A DNA stretch of 64,000 nucleotides from Euglena gracilis (Eukaryota): the NCBI GenBank assembly GCA_039621445.1, contig CP154954.1:17576589-17640588 (forward strand), read 5' to 3'. Below the pieces are notes generated by a model. That model did not search any database and was not told the DNA's origin. It was given only the letters and a program-made list of their open reading frames with translations. A program made the position numbers and the translations under genes. The number at the start of each line of letters is the position of its first letter. The stretch's first letter is position 1. This document shows positions 59,649-64,000 of this stretch, piece by piece.

Positions 59649-62600
59649 GGGCAGGGCTGAACGGCATTTCTTGTGGTGGTGGTGGGGACCCTAGAGGAAG
59701 GGGGGTTCCGACCCCCACCTCCCGGGTGACAAATGCACACAAAACATTAGGTTGTGCTGTTGTGAACGGCGAAAGCACAAAATGCAAATGGCGATGCCAT
59801 TCTGAGTGCGCAATTTTGCTTTTGTGAGGATCACATGATCCATTGTTTTTTTTTTTTGGGTGGGGAGGCAATTTGCAAACTGATTTTTTTCCAGAGATAG
59901 GGGGGGGGGGGCGACCCCCAGCTGGCCCTCCCGTGCAGCCCTGGCAACGGGTCACTCTGGATGCACATCTTCGTTGCGCAGCAGGGGACGGAGTTGGCCG
60001 CCGCGGATGAGAAGAGGATCATCCATCCAGGCATTTCTCGGGTACCAAGGGTATTTCTTTCAATTCATTATTCCCATTCTACCTTCTGATGGAGGTATGT
60101 CGGCTTGGCTTTGCTTGAGAGAAAATGAAAAATTCTGCCATTTCACATAGGAAATTTGGTTTGTTTTATTGCCCCTCGAAAAATTGTTTTCACACAAGTG
60201 ATGCAAATTAGCTTTTTACAACAAAATCATGCGTCCCAAATTTTTCCTATTGGCCCTGGAATCGTATGCGAACAAAATTATTTTCTCACAGATCCTTCTT
60301 GGCTCCACATAATTTTCAAAAGCGAACTTTTGAATTGGACCACAATGATGACTCAAAATTGATCACATTTCTTCCCGGAATGGAACGAATAAAGAATCTG
60401 CTAAGAACAGACGAAAAACCCATATATTGCAAAAATTGCGCCCCGTTTTTTTTTTGCCTTTGTGGGGGGGTAAACCTGAACAAATTTTTCTTGTTCCTTT
60501 TTTTGCATGTTCGGAATCGCTGTGAAATGTTGTGTCTTTAATGGGGCACAAAAATACGTCTGAAAGAGGCTTGTTGACTGTTATTTGAAGGGAGGGGGAG
60601 GTGGGGGGTCCAGGGGGGGGGAGGCACAGGCTCCGGCCACCTCCACGTACACAGACAAAAGGGCCAGAGGCGAACAACAGCGCCAGGCCAGAAGAAGGGA
60701 TAAAAGGCACCAAAAAACAGCCACAGTGCACACAGGGGGGGAGGCGCAGCTCCCCTCCCCTCTCTCCAGGCGCATCCAAAAACTCATCCACTTTGCCATC
60801 TCCCTTGGAAGCACCCCCATGTGTGTGTGGGGGGGAATTTGCTAGTGGAGGCGCCAATTTTTTGCAACAACTCAACCATTCTGCAGAACTTTTCATTAAT
60901 TCTGTAAAACCGTCGAAAATTTCATTTTGACGCGTTTTGAATTAAAGAAGATGTGTATTTGAACCCACTTTAACATGTCCCTCTGTGATATGTGTGTGCC
61001 TAACACACAAAAAACTCTCTCAGGTTTTGTTTAATTTTCCCCCCAAGAATAAATTGTGCGGTTTCCATTGAAAATGGTCAATACGGCATTTTATGAGAAC
61101 CATCAAAACAACGGCAATGTGATCCTTATTTGTCACCCCTTTGGGCTCCGCAGACCTCCTTGGTGACAAGGTGGGTTGTCAGTAACCCACCCCCAAACGG
61201 CCTCTTTTTTCCTGGCGCCTTCAGCGCGCTAGGAAAGAATCTTCTGTGTGCATTTGGTTTCATTAGCACCCACCCCCTAATCGTCAGGGAAAACGATAAG
61301 GGGGGGGGAGTCACACACTCTCCTCTTGCAAAATACACCATTTGCCTGAAATTAGCCAGAGATTTGTGTGGTTCCTCAAAACGGCTTCTTCTGTTTTGTG
61401 AATGCAATTCTTTTTGAGAACCACTTCTGTCAAAAAGGGGTTCTCCCCATCAGGAAAGATAGCCTGTCTACACGCTGTGCACCCGTTGGTGAAGTTTTTG
61501 CCCAAACAGGAGTGTTCCCGAACCCTTTGCTTCCGCTTGCCACCAGCCCTCCATCTCCCACACCCAATCACCATAAGCACTGGTTCTCCCCAGTCTGGGC
61601 CACCTGGTGGTTGGGTTGGGGAATTTTTCTGGTGTCCTACTTCGCACTTTTCAGCAATTTTTTTTTTGCAAATGACTTTTTGTTTGCACTCCAATCCTTG
61701 TTGAAAGAAGTGACATTTCCTGTTTTGTGTTTTTTTCATTCCTGGCAGATAGATGCCCCTTTGGCAGATGACTTTTTGGGGTTTTCCCCTGCTGGTGGCT
61801 CGTTTTTGGCGATGTTTCGCGGCCCGAGCATGAGTTCAAACACATGCAAACCCCCTAAAAAGACACCGGCACTCTCGAAGCATGCCCCTTTTCGAAGCAC
61901 CCCCTTTGTGGAAATCTGGACCCCCATTTTTTTTGTTGTGTTTTCCTGCATGGGCATCTGGACCACAAGACAGGGATTAGGGAAGATAATCCATGGGCTT
62001 GAGAGGCGTGAAAGAAGGGCAGAGGTCAGAGGTGTTTGCAGAGTGACAGAGTGACTGAGTGCTGGATGACTCGGCTTCGTCACTCGCAAAGCACTCAAGT
62101 GAGTTCCAGGTCTCTATTTTCCATGTTCCCTTGCATGGTGGAAAATAAAGGTCTTTGCTTCATGTACTCACACCTCAGTCAAAACAAGAACACCTCCTTT
62201 TTGTTTTCTTTTTTTCATTGTTGCCCACGTGCTGCGTGCTTTGTTTTGAACTTTTTTGTCCTCACTGCGGTGCCTCAAGACGGATCCTGCCGGCAGACAG
62301 AATTTGCACACAGCGTCATGTCCGCAAAAATCAGGGGTTATATTGCAGGGCCAGTGAGGGGTGGGGTGCCGGTAAATCTAAAAAGTGAGGTGCCTGAAAT
62401 TTGAAACATGCTGCTGAACTGTTGAGAATGTCAGCCATGCCACTCTCTTTGACAATTTCCACTTTCCTGAAGTGCTTTTCAATGGCGATGTGTCTGGCAA
62501 AGGGCAAGTGCTTGAAATCCCCGCATCCCCATCCCCGTATTCCACATCGGGAACCATTTTCTGAGTTGTTTCCCTTCGAAGAAATACAGGCACAATTAAA

Positions 62601-63623
62601 CCAACTGCTACGTTCTGACGTTCCCATCACAGGCATTTTATACCATCTTACATATCGTCCATCCGTCCGTCAAAGATGAAAAGAGTTCCGCTGTCTCGCA
62701 GCCTGACAAAGAAGGGTTGTTGCACCCACTTCGTCAAACATCTCATTTACATGCCTGACCAACAACAGAAAGCGACCACATATTTTGGTGAACCAACACA
62801 CCTTTTTTGTGCAAAAAACCCCTGGTAATTCTGACGTCCTTCCGTCACCTGCTGGAACAATCTAATTGTTGTTCAAATGCTGTATGGGGGCGTAGGCCGT
62901 ACCAAAACATGAAACATGCTTATTGAAGGCTGTCTTGGACACATAAAACCTATTCTGGAAAAGGGGGCAGAAAAAACCGGTCCACATCTTCGGCAACGGA
63001 AGGCGTGTTGTGCCAGCAGTGATCACAAATTTGAAACTAACCACCACAAAACATTTTTTTTGTACTTCCAGACCTACCCCTGTTTCTCACAGCCTTCTTT
63101 TGTTGACGCATTGGGAGTCATCCACCACAACAAACTCGATGTTTTGGACTAACTTAGGTTCAAAAATCCCTGAAAGCGACCCCTAAAACCGCCTTTTCTT
63201 CCTGTTAGTTGCACAATTGCGTACACAAGGTCCAATTTTACGCGTGAAGTGCGAAGGTGACTGCCTGAGAGTATGAGTGCATCCCTTTTCAGAGAATGCG
63301 GGCTCTGAGGCCGATGTTGAGGTTTCGACCCACCTTCTTTACCCTCTCGGTTGTAGGTTTGCTCGCCAGTTTCTGGTGTTCGTAGCCTCATAATCCATCA
63401 CCAACCCCCAAAAGAAATCTAATGTGTGTTTCAAAGTGTGCAGCGCGAACCCCGTGTCAAATGGAGTTTTATTTTTGTTGCTGTTTACGTTGCACAGGCG
63501 GCTGCTGCAACCCGGCACCTGTTTGGGGATGCTGCTGCTGAGGACGTGCCTGCCGTGGAGGACGTGGTGCCAGATGTCTGGGTCCCCCACTGGAAGCCGA
63601 CGTTGTCCTTTGCCCTCGTAGAG
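59480..63623 (+). CDS. CLPTM1: Partial multi-exon gene, CLPTM1/CLPTM1L family membrane protein (N-terminal lumenal region; both ends unresolved)
   Basis: Colinear motifs LDVQLFL...VWRD...LEVPVDEYLAG-NGSLWMHIFVAQQG and TRHLFG...WVPHWKPTLSFALVE match the CLPTM1 pattern (L.xxVY ... NGS/TxYxHVF ... NLL ... SxWxPxxTxxLV), recognised from memory. Confidence 0.8.
59649..59948 (+). other. Nonconventional intron = TIR element 59652-59943 plus one 8-bp TSD copy
   Basis: GTAAC|GGG-[CAGGGCTGAACGG...CCGTGCAGCCCTG]-GCAAC|GGG-TCA; TIR 12/13, TSD 7/8; TGA in frame at +10; removal restores GNGSLW. Confidence 0.87.
59949..60024 (+). CDS. CLPTM1: CLPTM1-like exon (GSLWMHIFVAQQGTELAAADEKRII; 3' end 60024 or 60030)
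   Basis: NGSLWMHIF motif; donor either N3-CAG type (C|ATC-CAGGCA) or G|GCATTT. Confidence 0.8.
63293..63321 (+). CDS. Possible short CLPTM1-like exon (xNAGSEADVE)
   Basis: atcccttttcag| and GAG|GTTTCG; phase-0 end fits the next exon; no motif support. Confidence 0.4.
63498..63623 (+). CDS. CLPTM1: CLPTM1-like exon (AAAATRHLFGD...DVWVPHWKPTLSFALVE)
   Basis: gttgcacag| and GAG|GTGCCC; HWKPTLSFALVE motif. Confidence 0.82.
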
Positions 63624-63759
63624 GTGCCCCTTCCCTGTGCTGGAATCCCAGCCCCAGGAACAACCGGCCTCTTGCCTCAAACTTCATTTTCCTTCCATAA
63701 TTTGTGCACCTCATTCTCCATAATCAGGAATGCAATCCATGTGCACAGACACGAAATTT

Positions 63760-64000
<241 letters not shown>

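Noticed and set aside
60340-60420. LITFLPGMERIKNLL as a CLPTM1 exon
   Set aside because: No usable splice sites found, AT-rich, and the NLL-equivalent motif (RHLF) is already in the 63498 exon.
62060-62099. Possible CLPTM1 exon ending at GTGAGT
   Set aside because: Weak acceptor and no convincing motif; it cannot be supported.

Overview
Eukaryotic, intron-rich, transposon-saturated genomic DNA, most consistent with a euglenid (inferred from the splice-site pattern; the organism is not given). The ORF track is almost all noise from repeats and G/C homopolymers. By hand I reconstruct two spliced genes. (1) A minus-strand gene for a FadJ/HADHA-type trifunctional enzyme alpha subunit (enoyl-CoA hydratase plus 3-hydroxyacyl-CoA dehydrogenase). 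It has 20 exons in the window, starts at ATG 33463 and runs off the left edge. (2) A plus-strand CLPTM1-family gene with exons at about 59.5-63.6 kb, running off the right edge. Main result: at least three introns lack GT-AG ends (23843-24247, 14238-14971, 59649-59948). Two are intact CAG...CTG terminal-inverted-repeat elements with an 8-bp target-site duplication (hAT-like MITEs) inserted in conserved coding sequence; the third is a decayed version of the same thing. Removing the element plus one TSD copy (3 nt on the 5' side, 5 nt on the 3' side) restores the protein exactly and reproduces the euglenid nonconventional-intron signature (CAG at +4..+6, CTG at -8..-6). A sibling element of the same family sits as an ordinary insertion at 31365-31986. 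The window therefore shows a MITE-to-intron series at several ages. The rest is deeply nested DNA-transposon debris (8-bp, 7-bp, 9-bp and TA TSD classes), satellites, and a 44-bp-arm hairpin.
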